In this document: positions 1 to 10,317 of the stretch, one piece after another
Numbering within the stretch: position 1 is the first letter of the stretch
How the letters are laid out: every line of letters begins with the position of its first letter
Assembly (NCBI GenBank): GCA_038231455.1
Contig: JBBRLI010000009.1
Coordinates: forward strand, 32,001-96,000
DNA: 64,000 nt
From: Vulcanimicrobiales bacterium
Lineage (GTDB): Bacteria; Vulcanimicrobiota; Vulcanimicrobiia; Vulcanimicrobiales; Vulcanimicrobiaceae
Direction of reading: 5' to 3'
Position numbers and translations under genes: made by a program
Notes under the pieces: generated by a model
What the model was told of the DNA's origin: nothing
What the model saw: the letters and a program-made list of their open reading frames with translations, nothing else
Database searches by the model: none

Positions 1-2
1 TC

Positions 3-1265
3 TCGAACATCAGCGCGCCGCCACCTGCGGTTCCGCCGACGGACGTCCGGCTAGCGAATGGCTTGCGTTTGATCGTACGTCCGACCAACGTGGCGCACAC
101 GGTGTTCGTCTTTGGTGGCGTGCAGACCAATCCGGGGCTTGAAGAGGCGGAGGGCAAAGAGGGAGTTGCAAGCGTGCTCGAGGCTCTCTTCGGATACGGC
201 AGTGCCGAACACGATCGCACGTCCTATCAGCGATTGCTCGATGACATCGGTGCAAGCGAAACGGGCGGCGCATCGTTTGCGATCGAGTCCACCTCGACGA
301 CGTTCGATACGGCGGTTAACCTGCTCGCCGAGAACGAACTGCATCCGCGCTTCGATGAGAAATCGTTTGCAATCGCACGCGATCTGACCGCGCAACAAAT
401 CCAGTCGGCGCAGAACGGCTCGCATGTCGTCGGCGAACGCAAGTTGCGCGAAAAGCTCTTGCCGGCGAGTGACCCGGAGCTGCGCGATCCCTCACCGCGC
501 CTCATCGAGCGCTTATCGCTTGCCGATGCTCGCGAGTACTATGCGAAAGCCTTCCGCCCGGACCTCACGACGATCGTCGTCGCCGGGGACATTACGCCGG
601 AGCGCGCGCGCGCGGCGGTCGAGCGCGCTTTTGGCAAGTGGAGTGCAAACGGCCCGGTGCCCACCCTCGTTCCACCGCCGGTGCCACTCAATAGCGCCGC
701 GAGCGTCGGCGTACAGCCGCCTTCGCTACGCCAAGACTTCGTAACGCTCTCCCAATTGCTCGGCGTGACACGCAGCGATCCGCGCTACTACGCGCTGGAT
801 CTGGGGAATACCATCTTCGGCGGCGGCGTCGGCGGACCGCAGCAGAGTCGCCTCTTCCGCGACCTGCGTCAGCAGACGGGCCTCGTGTACTTCGTGAACT
901 CCGCGCTCAGCGTCGGCAAGACACGCGCGCGGATGGAGATCAGCTTTGCTTGCGCTCCGGAGAATCTGGCGCGCGCGGAGTCAATCGTGCAAAACGACAT
1001 CAAGTCGCTTGCGACCGATCCCGTCAGTCCGTTCGAACTCTCGCTTGCCAAAGCGTCGGTCGTTCGTCGCAACATCGTCGATGGCGGCGGCGTGAGCGCG
1101 ATCGCGCAAGCGTACTTGCGGCGAGCGCAGGGGGGACGCGCGCTTGATGAAGATCGCGCAGCGGCTGAAGGCTACCTTGCGACCACGCCGGCGTCGCTCC
1201 GCGAAGCATTCGCGGCATTCGTCCGACCGGGCGCCTTTATTCGTCTGGTCGAGGGGCCGCAATAA
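3..1265 (+). CDS. M16 family (pitrilysin/insulinase-like) peptidase, 5'-truncated; visible part is a C-terminal module
   Basis: Frame open to the window edge (...LANGLRLIV, typical M16 module start); YYAKAFRPDLTTIVVAGD and SRLFRDLRQQTGLVY motifs; no HXXEH in the visible part. Confidence 0.85.
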   Translation, partial: SNISAPPPAVPPTDVRLANGLRLIVRPTNVAHTVFVFGGVQTNPGLEEAEGKEGVASVLEALFGYGSAEHDRTSYQRLLDDIGASETGGASFAIESTSTTFDTAVNLLAENELHPRFDEKSFAIARDLTAQQIQSAQNGSHVVGERKLREKLLPASDPELRDPSPRLIERLSLADAREYYAKAFRPDLTTIVVAGDITPERARAAVERAFGKWSANGPVPTLVPPPVPLNSAASVGVQPPSLRQDFVTLSQLLGVTRSDPRYYALDLGNTIFGGGVGGPQQSRLFRDLRQQTGLVYFVNSALSVGKTRARMEISFACAPENLARAESIVQNDIKSLATDPVSPFELSLAKASVVRRNIVDGGGVSAIAQAYLRRAQGGRALDEDRAAAEGYLATTPASLREAFAAFVRPGAFIRLVEGPQ

Positions 1266-1274
1266 TCGGTTCGG

Positions 1275-2048
1275 TTACAAGTCGTAGGTAATCGTCAGCG
1301 GTGCGTGATCGGAAAAGCGCTCGTCGCGCTCGATATGCGTGTCGCGGACCGTCGGCGCAAGGTCCGGCGTAACGAGCTGGTAGTCGATTCGCCAGCCGAG
1401 GTTCCGCTCGTAGGCCTGCGGCCAGTTTGACCACCAGGTAAACTGCTTGGGTTCGCTATTAACGACGCGAAAGGCATCGACCCAACCCAGGCGGTCGGTC
1501 ACTTGGTCGAACCATGCGCGCTCGTCGGGGAGAAATCCGGTCGTACGTATGCTGGATTTTGGATCGAATACGTCGATCTCGCGGTGCGCGATGTTGAAAT
1601 CGCCGCAAAGAATAATGGGACGGCCTTCGGCCCGCATCGCGCTCAAGTTGGTGAGAAAGCGTTCGAGAAATCCATACTTCACCGCTTGGCGCGCGGGGCC
1701 GGTCGTCCCCGATGGCACGTAGAGCGACGCGACGCTGAACGTTTCGAAATCGAAGCGAATGAAGCGACCTTCGGCGTCCATATCGTCCATACCGAGGCCG
1801 CGCACGATCGCGACGGGCTTGTGGCGCGCGTAGATTGCGACGCCGCTATAGCCTTTTTTCTGTGCGTCGACAAATCCGTAATACGGGTAGCGGTCGAGGT
1901 CGATTGCCTCAGGCGGGACCTGATGCTCTTGCGCCTTCGTCTCTTGCATGCAGACGATGTCGGGCGCGCGATCGGCTAGGTAGGTGAAGAAACCCTTGCG
2001 GGCGGCAGCTCGGATCCCGTTGGCATTGAACGACATGACGGAGAGCAT
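1275..2048 (-). CDS. xth: Exodeoxyribonuclease III (AP endonuclease)
   Basis: SFNANGIRA, CMQETK, GYSGVA, CGDFNIAH, GWRIDY, SDHAP motifs. Confidence 0.95.
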   Translation of the reverse strand: MLSVMSFNANGIRAAARKGFFTYLADRAPDIVCMQETKAQEHQVPPEAIDLDRYPYYGFVDAQKKGYSGVAIYARHKPVAIVRGLGMDDMDAEGRFIRFDFETFSVASLYVPSGTTGPARQAVKYGFLERFLTNLSAMRAEGRPIILCGDFNIAHREIDVFDPKSSIRTTGFLPDERAWFDQVTDRLGWVDAFRVVNSEPKQFTWWSNWPQAYERNLGWRIDYQLVTPDLAPTVRDTHIERDERFSDHAPLTITYDL

Positions 2049-2096
2049 CGATCGGCCATTCTCGCCCGGACCGACACAAGCCCGGGGACGTGAATC

Positions 2097-2252
2097 TTAG
2101 GCCGCGACGCGGATCAGCGTGAAATCGGCGGCGTCCAGATCGATTTCCGAGCGAAACGTGCAGTCCGCACACGGTACGTTCGGGCCGAGGCGGGCATCGA
2201 GGGGTTCGTTATGGGTCGCGCGGCAATCCGGACAGAGCAGTTCGTCTTTCAT
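2097..2252 (-). CDS. Small CxxC-x17-CxxC (zinc-ribbon-like) protein, 51 aa
   Basis: Hand translation MKDELLCPDCRATHNEPLDARLGPNVPCADCTFRSEIDLDAADFTLIRVAA*; fills the xth/GGDEF gap; below ORF-track length cutoff. Confidence 0.65.
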   Translation of the reverse strand: MKDELLCPDCRATHNEPLDARLGPNVPCADCTFRSEIDLDAADFTLIRVAA

Positions 2253-2356
2253 GCTCGGATCGTACGAGGCCGAAGTGACAGATGGGTGGCACTTTTGTCT
2301 CGTGCATTATCTCTCACTACCGGGGATTTCTCGAAGAAACTGCCGATAAGACGTTT

Positions 2357-4267
2357 GTGATCAATCCCTTACTCGCGCAATCGGAGACTTCGCCGATTCA
2401 ACGCGTCTTGGAGATCACGCGCGACATTCTTCAAGAGACCGAACTCGCTCCGGCTCTGGAGTCGATTGCGCGCGGTGTTCGCGACCTCTACGGCTTTGGC
2501 TACGTCACGATCGTGGCCGCGGATGCGACGGGCGGGGACCACTCGCGGCGCGTCCTCCTTGGCTATTCGCCCGAACTCATCGCCGAGCGCCAGCACGAAA
2601 TCGTGCGCCGCGCCGATATTCTCGACGTGCTCGACCCCTCGTTTCAGGTTCATCCGGACTGCTACTATATTCCAACAGAGCGGGCATTCGGGTGGGAGCG
2701 CGCCATCTTTACCGGCGATTTGCCGATGGACGCGACACGGGAGGCGCCGAACCGATGGCACGAAAACGACGCGCTAGTTTTCGTGCTACCCGACCGCAGC
2801 GGCGAGATGCTGGGTTACATCTCGGTCGACGGTCCGCTCGACGGCAATGTCCCAAGTGACGAGACCATGCGATCGGTCCAACTGTTCGTCAACCTCCTGG
2901 GCCTCGCACTTGCCAACGCGCGGGCGCATGCCGCCGAGATCGAACGCGGACGAATCCTCGAGGCAAGTCAGGCAAAGCTGCGTTACGAGGCAACGCACGA
3001 CGCCCTCACACGGCTCCCCAATCGAACCTATTTTGGCGCGCTGCTCGAAGAGACGCTACGCACGCGCGGGAGAGACGTCAGCTCGGCCGTGTTCTTCGTC
3101 GATCTCGACGAGTTCAAGTCGGTCAACGATAGCTTAGGGCACGCCGCGGGCGACGCGCTCCTCGTGACGATCGCCCAACGGCTCCGCGCGACGGTGAGCG
3201 ATCTTGATGTCGTCGCGCGCTTCGGCGGCGATGAGTTCGCGATTCTGGCGCGCGATCGTGCCGGCTCCGATGAAATCGAAGCACTCGCCGAAGCCGTGCA
3301 CGCGGCACTCCTGGACCCGCTCGATATCGACGGGCGCATTGTCTACACGACGGCTTCCATCGGCATCGCGGTCGTCGGGGACACGTACCGCGAGATGGAA
3401 GCCGTCCTGCGTGACGCCGACACCGCGATGTATCATGCCAAAGCGCAGGGCCGCGCACGGCACGCGTTCTTCGATTCGCAGATGCACACACGCGCCGCAC
3501 GGCGCCTTGGCCTGGTCAGCGATCTGCGCGCGGCGATCGACGAGGAGGCATTCGACGTGGACTTCCAACCGATCGTCGCACTCGCAAGCGGGAAGATCGT
3601 CGGACTCGAAGCGCTGGTGCGGTGGCCCGGATACAACGACGGAGCCGGACTCGCACCGCTCGAGTTTATCCCGGTTGCAGAAGAGGTGGGACTCGTCTCG
3701 AAAATCGGGCGTTTCGTGCTCGCGCGCAGTTGTGAGGCGCTCGCGCAGTGGCAACGGATCGTTCCGGGTCTGGGACTGAGTGTGAATCTTGCCGTGCAAG
3801 AAATCTTGCAGCCGGATATCGATGCGTATGTGCTCGACTTATTGCGACGATTCGATCTGCGGCCGCACGAACTAACGCTCGAAATCACCGAAACGGCGAT
3901 CATGCGTAGCGGTTCACTTGCCACGAACGCCCTCGAGCGTTTACGCGCCACCGGTGTTCGGCTCTGCATCGACGATTTTGGTACCGGCTATTCCTCACTG
4001 CGCTATCTGCAACAATTCACCGTCAACGCGATTAAGATCGATCGCTCGTTTGTGGCCGGAGCAAACGACGAACTCGCAAGCGAGCCGATCGTACGCATGC
4101 TCGTCGAACTCGCCGCATCGTATGGCGCCTCATGTGTGGCCGAGGGCGTTGAAACGCCGGGCCAATCGAACGCGCTTCGGAGTTTGCGCTGCACCTTCGG
4201 GCAAGGGTTTTTCTTTCATCGGCCACTGCATCGCGACGCGGTCGCAGCGGTGCTCGGGGGACACTAG
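2357..4267 (+). CDS. GAF-like/GGDEF/EAL diguanylate cyclase-phosphodiesterase
   Basis: HDALTRLPNR, RFGGDEF (no RxxD I-site), GLEALVRW, IDDFGTGYSS; start uncertain (GTG 2357 preferred over ATG 2282). Confidence 0.9.
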   Translation: MINPLLAQSETSPIQRVLEITRDILQETELAPALESIARGVRDLYGFGYVTIVAADATGGDHSRRVLLGYSPELIAERQHEIVRRADILDVLDPSFQVHPDCYYIPTERAFGWERAIFTGDLPMDATREAPNRWHENDALVFVLPDRSGEMLGYISVDGPLDGNVPSDETMRSVQLFVNLLGLALANARAHAAEIERGRILEASQAKLRYEATHDALTRLPNRTYFGALLEETLRTRGRDVSSAVFFVDLDEFKSVNDSLGHAAGDALLVTIAQRLRATVSDLDVVARFGGDEFAILARDRAGSDEIEALAEAVHAALLDPLDIDGRIVYTTASIGIAVVGDTYREMEAVLRDADTAMYHAKAQGRARHAFFDSQMHTRAARRLGLVSDLRAAIDEEAFDVDFQPIVALASGKIVGLEALVRWPGYNDGAGLAPLEFIPVAEEVGLVSKIGRFVLARSCEALAQWQRIVPGLGLSVNLAVQEILQPDIDAYVLDLLRRFDLRPHELTLEITETAIMRSGSLATNALERLRATGVRLCIDDFGTGYSSLRYLQQFTVNAIKIDRSFVAGANDELASEPIVRMLVELAASYGASCVAEGVETPGQSNALRSLRCTFGQGFFFHRPLHRDAVAAVLGGH

Positions 4268-4270
4268 GAG

Positions 4271-6010
4271 ATGCGCGCGCGCTATACGCTTGCGCTCGGC
4301 GTGATCGCGCTTGTCGCGCTGGTCCAATTCGTGCTCATCTCACGTCTGATCGGCGACGGCAAACGCGTTGCGACGACGATCAATGTCGCGGGACGTCAAC
4401 GGATGTGGGACCAGCGCATCGCCTTGTATGCCCAGCGTGTGGTCGCGACGACCGATCCCGCGAGCCGTGCCGAGCGGCGCGGGGCGCTGCTCGATGCCGT
4501 CACGCAAATGGAATATCAAGGCGCGCAACTTGCTAGCGCCAATCCCGCGGTCAATCCGCCGGATTGGCCGCCTCCGTTGGTGCGCGCGTTGCTGGATACT
4601 GCGCCGACAAACCTGATTGCAAGCGAGCGCGCGTACTTCGCGCACGCGCGTGCGCTGGCTGCCGTGCCCGATGAAGCCTTGCGCGCCGATGCGCCCGATT
4701 TGACCTATATCCTCGATCACCAAGCCGCGATCTTGGCGAATCTCGATCGCGTCGTCAACGCCTACGTTGCCGACGGCGACGCCCGGCAGCAGCGTCTCCA
4801 GGTGAACGAACTCGTCACTTTTATCGTTCTCATCACGGCGCTCGGGATTTTGCTTTTCGTCGTCCTCGACCCGATGGAACGTCGCATCGACCAGCAGCAG
4901 AGCGTGTTACGGCGTGAAAACGCGAATCTCTCGCTCGTTGTTGCCGGCGCACGCGCGCTCTCCGAAACGCTCGAGATCGACGGCTTGCTCGCGCGTTTCC
5001 GCCAGAGCGCGGCACAAATGCTCGGCGTTCCCGTGCGGCTCCTGACCCTTGAGGATATCGCGCAACTGCACGAAGCCAAACGCGATTTGGTCGGGACGGC
5101 CATGGTCTCACCGCACGTCATTCTTGCAGAAAACGCATCCGTTATCGCGATGGCGATCGATGCCTACGGCGGCTCACCCGCCGTCGCCATGATCGCCGAA
5201 CACCCAACCCGCTTCCGAACGATGGAAATCTCAGCGCTCGAACTCTTCGCAGCCAATCTCCGCCTCGCCGCCTACAACGCGCGGCTCTTTGCCGAAGTTC
5301 ACGACCGCCAACTGCGCGTGGCGGAACTCGACAAGCTCAAGAGCGATCTCATCGCGATGCTCGCACACGACTTCCGCAGTCCCCTCACCAGCATCATCGG
5401 CTTTGCGGAACTCCTCAAAGAAGGCTTCATCAAACCCGAAGACATCGGCGATACGGCCGATTCGATTGCTGCCGCCGCGTGGAGGCTGACGTCGCTTGCC
5501 TCGGATACCCTCACGATGGCCCAACTCGAACGCAACGAAGTTACGCTCGAGCGCTCGCAGCTCGACATTAAAGATCTGTTGATCGATGCTGCGGGCGACG
5601 TCGTGAAACAGCGGGCGGTTCGGATTGAAGGCGAGGGCGCGACGGTCCTCGGCGATCCGCGGCGACTACGCCAAGTCTTCGACAACCTCTTGAGTAATGC
5701 GATCAAATATTCGCCCGGTAACGATCCGATCGTGGTGCGGCTCACGCAGCGTGCTGCAAGCGTTGCAATTGAGGTGATCGACACCGGTATCGGCATTCCG
5801 GCCGCTGAAGTCGATCGCATTTTCGATCGCTTCGCGCGTGGCTCGAACGCGCGTCAAGCCAAGATCAAAGGGACGGGGTTCGGTCTGTATTTGAGTAAAA
5901 TGCTCGTGGAGTTGCACGGCGGCGCGATCTCCGTGATGAGTCGCGAGGGGGTCGGGAGTACGTTTACGATTACACTCCCAACGCTCGACCGAGCGCCGGC
6001 GCTCGTTTAA
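4271..6010 (+). CDS. Membrane sensor histidine kinase with PilJ/NarX-type periplasmic domain
   Basis: Two TM segments; INVAGRQRM P-box-like motif; H-box AHDFRSPL; NLLSNAIKYS, DTGIGI, GTGFGL; AGGAG SD. Confidence 0.9.
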   Translation: MRARYTLALGVIALVALVQFVLISRLIGDGKRVATTINVAGRQRMWDQRIALYAQRVVATTDPASRAERRGALLDAVTQMEYQGAQLASANPAVNPPDWPPPLVRALLDTAPTNLIASERAYFAHARALAAVPDEALRADAPDLTYILDHQAAILANLDRVVNAYVADGDARQQRLQVNELVTFIVLITALGILLFVVLDPMERRIDQQQSVLRRENANLSLVVAGARALSETLEIDGLLARFRQSAAQMLGVPVRLLTLEDIAQLHEAKRDLVGTAMVSPHVILAENASVIAMAIDAYGGSPAVAMIAEHPTRFRTMEISALELFAANLRLAAYNARLFAEVHDRQLRVAELDKLKSDLIAMLAHDFRSPLTSIIGFAELLKEGFIKPEDIGDTADSIAAAAWRLTSLASDTLTMAQLERNEVTLERSQLDIKDLLIDAAGDVVKQRAVRIEGEGATVLGDPRRLRQVFDNLLSNAIKYSPGNDPIVVRLTQRAASVAIEVIDTGIGIPAAEVDRIFDRFARGSNARQAKIKGTGFGLYLSKMLVELHGGAISVMSREGVGSTFTITLPTLDRAPALV

Positions 6011-7881
6011 ACCAGCGTCGCGCGCCGACGCAGCGAGAGGGTCAGCTGAATGCGCGTTCCGACGGTACTCTCGCTGATCTCGACGCCGTCCATTAGCGAT
6101 CGCATGAGCGGGATGCCGCGGCCACTGTCACTCATGCGCGCGTCGCGCCACGAGCCGTCGTCGTCAATCTCGACGATGACGACGCCGTCGACGGTGCGCG
6201 CGTGGACGCGAAACTCGCCGGCGCGAGCATCGACGTACGCGTGCTCGATGGCATTGCCGATCGCTTCGCCCGCGCAGAGGAGCAGGTCGAAACGCCGTTC
6301 GGCGTTGAGGGGAATGCCTTCGATATAGCGCCGCAGCGCGTTGCGCGCGGCCGCGGCGCTCGGACCCAGAGCCGGGAGTGCGATTTCAAATGGCCCGATC
6401 GTCTGCGCCAGGCGGATCGTCATGATCGCCGCGTCGTCGCTGCGTTCGTATTCGGCGAGCACGCTTTCGTAGATGGCGCGTGCCGGATCGTCGACTTGCT
6501 GCGCGTGCGCAACCTCGATCGCGCGATGCAGCCGCGCGGTTCCTTCGATCACATCGCGCGAGAACTCGATGAATCCGTCGGTGTAGAGCACGAGCGTTGC
6601 CCCCGCATCGAGCAGCGCGACTTCGGTGATCGGGTCGTAGTCATCGAAGATGCCAAGCGGAGCGCCTGCGACTCCGAGTGTTTCGACGGATCCCGAGTTG
6701 CCGCCGACGAGCGGCACGGGATGTCCGGCAGATGCGTAGCGGAATTCAAGCGTGATCGGATCGAGCACGCCGAAGATCGCCGTCACCATGGTCGGCGTCT
6801 CGGACCGTACCAAAAGACGATTCGCGCGGAAGAGCACGGACCCCGGATCCGCATCTTCATAGGCCGCGGCACGGAGCGATTGGCGAACGAGATTCATCGT
6901 GACCGCCGCCGTAATCCCGCGCCCGCTGACATCGCCGACGGAAACGCCGATGCGGCCGTCATCGAGCAGAAACGCATCGAACCAGTCGCCGCCGACATCG
7001 TCGCCGCGCGAGCCCGGGAGGTAGGCTGTTGAAATTTTCACGCCGTCTACGCATGGAACGTCGCGTGGAAGAAGGGCTTGCTGCAACGTTGCTGCGACGC
7101 CGCGTTCGCTCTCGCGATTGCGTTCGAGCGGGCGTACGCGATCGGCGACGATGCGTCGGCGCCGATCGACGAACGTCACTAAGAGAACGACGAGGATCAG
7201 CGCGAGCGAAACGATTCCGATCATGAGAGGCAGCCCAAGATCGGTGGACGCGGCGCTGACCTCCATGCTCGAGACATCGATCGTATGGAGGGCGACGTAA
7301 TGCACGCCGACAATCGCACCGCCGAGCAACAATGCGGCAAGGGTCCGAACCGCTCGTGCCCGCGCACTCCGCTCGTCGCGCACGCGGAAGGCGAGCACGA
7401 GCGCGCCGAACGTTGCGATGCTCGTCGCGACGGACGCCGCAACGAGAAAGAGCCACGAGTCGGCTCCGATGCCGCTGACCTGCATTGCGGCAAGTCCCAT
7501 CTCGTGCATCGCAACGACGCCGCCGCCGACGATGATGCTGGCGCCGGCAAGCGAAATCCGATCGCCGTTCGTTGGCCCGGCAATCGAGAGTGCGATTGCG
7601 GTCGCTGCGATCGCCGCGATACACGATGCAATCACAAGCGTCGCATCGTAGTGGACGACGACCGACATCCGGTACGCTGCCATCGCCATGTAGTGCGTCG
7701 CCCACACGCCCGTTCCAAGTGCGAGTGAGCCGAAGCCGATCCAGAGCGAGCGCACGCGAGCGGAACTTGCGAAGCCGCGGGCCGCGAGTTCGAGAAACGC
7801 ATAGGAGGCCGCGATGGCAATCGCAACCGAGAGAACGACGAGTCCGATATCGTACGGGACGGGGACGGAAGGAGCCGTCAT
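6007..7881 (-). CDS. MHYT membrane sensor + SpoIIE/PP2C phosphatase + RsbW-like HATPase fusion
   Basis: N-terminal multi-TM region with THYM/MHEM/VHYV motifs; VGGDWFD, GDVSGRG, SAGHP, LYTDG, DDAA; EAIGNAIEHAY and GRGIPLM. Confidence 0.88.
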   Translation of the reverse strand: MTAPSVPVPYDIGLVVLSVAIAIAASYAFLELAARGFASSARVRSLWIGFGSLALGTGVWATHYMAMAAYRMSVVVHYDATLVIASCIAAIAATAIALSIAGPTNGDRISLAGASIIVGGGVVAMHEMGLAAMQVSGIGADSWLFLVAASVATSIATFGALVLAFRVRDERSARARAVRTLAALLLGGAIVGVHYVALHTIDVSSMEVSAASTDLGLPLMIGIVSLALILVVLLVTFVDRRRRIVADRVRPLERNRESERGVAATLQQALLPRDVPCVDGVKISTAYLPGSRGDDVGGDWFDAFLLDDGRIGVSVGDVSGRGITAAVTMNLVRQSLRAAAYEDADPGSVLFRANRLLVRSETPTMVTAIFGVLDPITLEFRYASAGHPVPLVGGNSGSVETLGVAGAPLGIFDDYDPITEVALLDAGATLVLYTDGFIEFSRDVIEGTARLHRAIEVAHAQQVDDPARAIYESVLAEYERSDDAAIMTIRLAQTIGPFEIALPALGPSAAAARNALRRYIEGIPLNAERRFDLLLCAGEAIGNAIEHAYVDARAGEFRVHARTVDGVVIVEIDDDGSWRDARMSDSGRGIPLMRSLMDGVEISESTVGTRIQLTLSLRRRATLV

Positions 7882-7977
7882 TATGCTTAGGATTGCGCCT
7901 GGGGCGCAACTCTCCCATCGACTCGTGTTGCCGAACGGTTAAGCTTCGATCTCGAAACGGCTTTGTAACGGCTTGTT

Positions 7978-8020
7978 AAAAAAGAAAAAGCAGGTCGCGC
8001 CGTGTGGCGCGCCTGCTTTT
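7978..8020 (-). terminator. Rho-independent terminator of hppA
   Basis: Minus strand AAAAGCAGGCGCGCC-ACAC-GGCGCG(A)CCTGCTTTT followed by U-rich tract, just past the hppA stop. Confidence 0.8.
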
Positions 8021-8037
8021 ACTTGGGACCTTCTCGA

Positions 8038-10167
8038 CTAGTGGACGAGGAAGCCGACGAGCAGCAGTGCGACGATGTTGAGCACTTTAATCATCGGATT
8101 GATCGCGGGTCCGGCGGTATCTTTATAGGGATCGCCGACGGTATCGCCGGTGACGGCAGCCGCATGAGCGAGCGAGCCTTTCCCACCGTGATGACCGTCT
8201 TCGATGTATTTCTTCGCGTTATCCCAGGCGCCGCCGCCGCTGGTCATAGAGATCGCAACGAAGAGACCCGTGACGATCGAACCAACGAGGATGCCGCCCA
8301 TCATCTGCGCTGCACTATTACCGTTGAGCACGTGCACGACCGAGAGCAGCACGACGAGGACCGGAACGCCGAGCGGAATCATCGCGGGCAGCACCATTTC
8401 TTTGAGTGCCGCGCGCGTCACGATGTCGACCGTCGTGCCGTAGTCGGGTTTTTGCGTGCCGGTCATGATGCCGGGCATCTCGCGGAACTGACGCCGAACT
8501 TCTTCGACGACCGAACCCGCTGCGCGCCCGACTGACTCCATCGAGAGCGATGCGAAGAGATACGGCAGCAAGCCGCCCACGAGCAGTCCGGTCAGCACGT
8601 ACGGGTTGTCGATGCCAAACGTGATGGGATTGGTCGAACAGGCAAGCGACGTGTCGCCTTTGCACTTGTCGCTGAGTTCTTGCACGAAGGATGCAAAGAG
8701 CACGACGGCCGCAAGACCGGCCGAGCCGATTGCATAGCCTTTGGTGACGGCTTTGGTCGTGTTACCAACCGCGTCGAGCGGGTCGGTTACATCGCGAACT
8801 TCTTTTGGCATCTCGGCCATTTCCGCGATGCCGCCGGCGTTGTCGGTGATCGGTCCGAAGGAGTCGATGGCAACGATGATCCCGGCCATCGAGAGCATCG
8901 ACATGACCGCGATTCCGACGCCGTAAAGTCCGGCAAACGAGAACGAGACCAGAATACCGACGACGATGACGATCGCCGGAAGGGCGGTTGCCTGCATCGA
9001 GACCGCAAGGCCCGCGATCATGTTTGTTGCATGACCGGTAAGTGAGGCTTTCGCGATATTTTTGACTGGCGCGAACTGCGTACCGGTGTAATACTCGGTG
9101 ATGTAGGTGAGTAAGCCCGTCACGAAGAGACCGACGAGCGAACAGACGAACACGCCCCATGCGGTGATGACTTGCCCGCTTGCGAGCGTTGCATCGCCGA
9201 GGAACTCTTGTTTGGTCACAAAGTAGAAGGCGATCGCTGAGAGCACGCCCGCGCCGATGAGCCCAGCGTAGAGCGCGTTCATGATCGAGCCGCGCGCGTT
9301 ATTCCCCATGCGTACGAAGAACGTGCCGATGATCGAGGCCACGATCGAGACCGCGCCCAGAATCAACGGGAACGTCACGGCGCCCGGAAATTTGCCGAGG
9401 ACGAGGTGCCCGAGCAGCATCGCCGCGATCGTCGTGACGACGTACGTCTCGAACAAATCGGCGGCCATCCCGGCGCAGTCGCCGACGTTATCGCCGACGT
9501 TGTCCGCAATCACGGCTGGGTTACGCGGATCGTCTTCCGGAATTCCGGCTTCGACTTTACCGACGAGATCCGCACCGACGTCGGCGGCTTTGGTGAAGAT
9601 GCCGCCGCCAAGACGCGCGAACACGGAGATGAGCGAACAGCCGAAGGCAAGGCCGATCATCGCGGCGAGCGACTCGGATTCGGGTGATGCGTGCGATGCG
9701 TTGATCTGCATCGTGATCGCATAGTAGCCGCTGACGGCAAAGAGTCCTAAGCCGACGACGAGCAAACCCGTGACCGCGCCGCCTTTGAACGCAAGATTGA
9801 GCGCCGGTGCAAGACCGCCGCGTGCCGCCTCAGCCGTGCGCACGTTGGCGCGCACCGAGACGATCATGCCGATAAATCCCGCCGCACCCGAGAGGACGGC
9901 GCCGATCACGAAACCGACAGCGGCTTCCCAACCCAGTGGCGCGGGTGCGATGCCGATTACGATCGCAAGAATCGCCGCGACGATCGCGACCGTCGTGTAT
10001 TGCCGTTTGAGGAACGCCATCGCGCCCTCTTGAATTGCGCGCGCGATTTCTTGCATGCGCTCGTTCCCGGCCGGCTGCCGGAGTACCCAGAAAATCAGGT
10101 AGATGCCATATACGATGGCAAGGACTCCGGCCCCAAGGCCGAGGTCGATCGCTAGACTCGAATCCAC
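8038..10167 (-). CDS. hppA: Membrane-bound proton-translocating pyrophosphatase, K+-independent type
   Basis: [36 protein letters not shown] (Lys marks K+-independence); GTG start 10167 with AAGGA SD. Confidence 0.93.
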   Translation of the reverse strand: MDSSLAIDLGLGAGVLAIVYGIYLIFWVLRQPAGNERMQEIARAIQEGAMAFLKRQYTTVAIVAAILAIVIGIAPAPLGWEAAVGFVIGAVLSGAAGFIGMIVSVRANVRTAEAARGGLAPALNLAFKGGAVTGLLVVGLGLFAVSGYYAITMQINASHASPESESLAAMIGLAFGCSLISVFARLGGGIFTKAADVGADLVGKVEAGIPEDDPRNPAVIADNVGDNVGDCAGMAADLFETYVVTTIAAMLLGHLVLGKFPGAVTFPLILGAVSIVASIIGTFFVRMGNNARGSIMNALYAGLIGAGVLSAIAFYFVTKQEFLGDATLASGQVITAWGVFVCSLVGLFVTGLLTYITEYYTGTQFAPVKNIAKASLTGHATNMIAGLAVSMQATALPAIVIVVGILVSFSFAGLYGVGIAVMSMLSMAGIIVAIDSFGPITDNAGGIAEMAEMPKEVRDVTDPLDAVGNTTKAVTKGYAIGSAGLAAVVLFASFVQELSDKCKGDTSLACSTNPITFGIDNPYVLTGLLVGGLLPYLFASLSMESVGRAAGSVVEEVRRQFREMPGIMTGTQKPDYGTTVDIVTRAALKEMVLPAMIPLGVPVLVVLLSVVHVLNGNSAAQMMGGILVGSIVTGLFVAISMTSGGGAWDNAKKYIEDGHHGGKGSLAHAAAVTGDTVGDPYKDTAGPAINPMIKVLNIVALLLVGFLVH

Positions 10168-10317
10168 ACGTATCCTTAAAATGAGTGAAATGCGCAAAAA
10201 AGTCCGGGACAGGGTTGTTGGAACTTTTTGCCACAAACGTTGGTCCCCGTTGAAAATCAGTCCTGCGCCAGCGTCCACCCGTAAGGGACGATGTGCGGCT
10301 ACGCGAATGTCGCCTGC

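Noticed and set aside
2322-2349. Sigma-28 promoter before the GGDEF-EAL gene (GCCGATAA)
   Set aside because: Perfect -10 but no -35 match at 15-16 nt; insufficient support.
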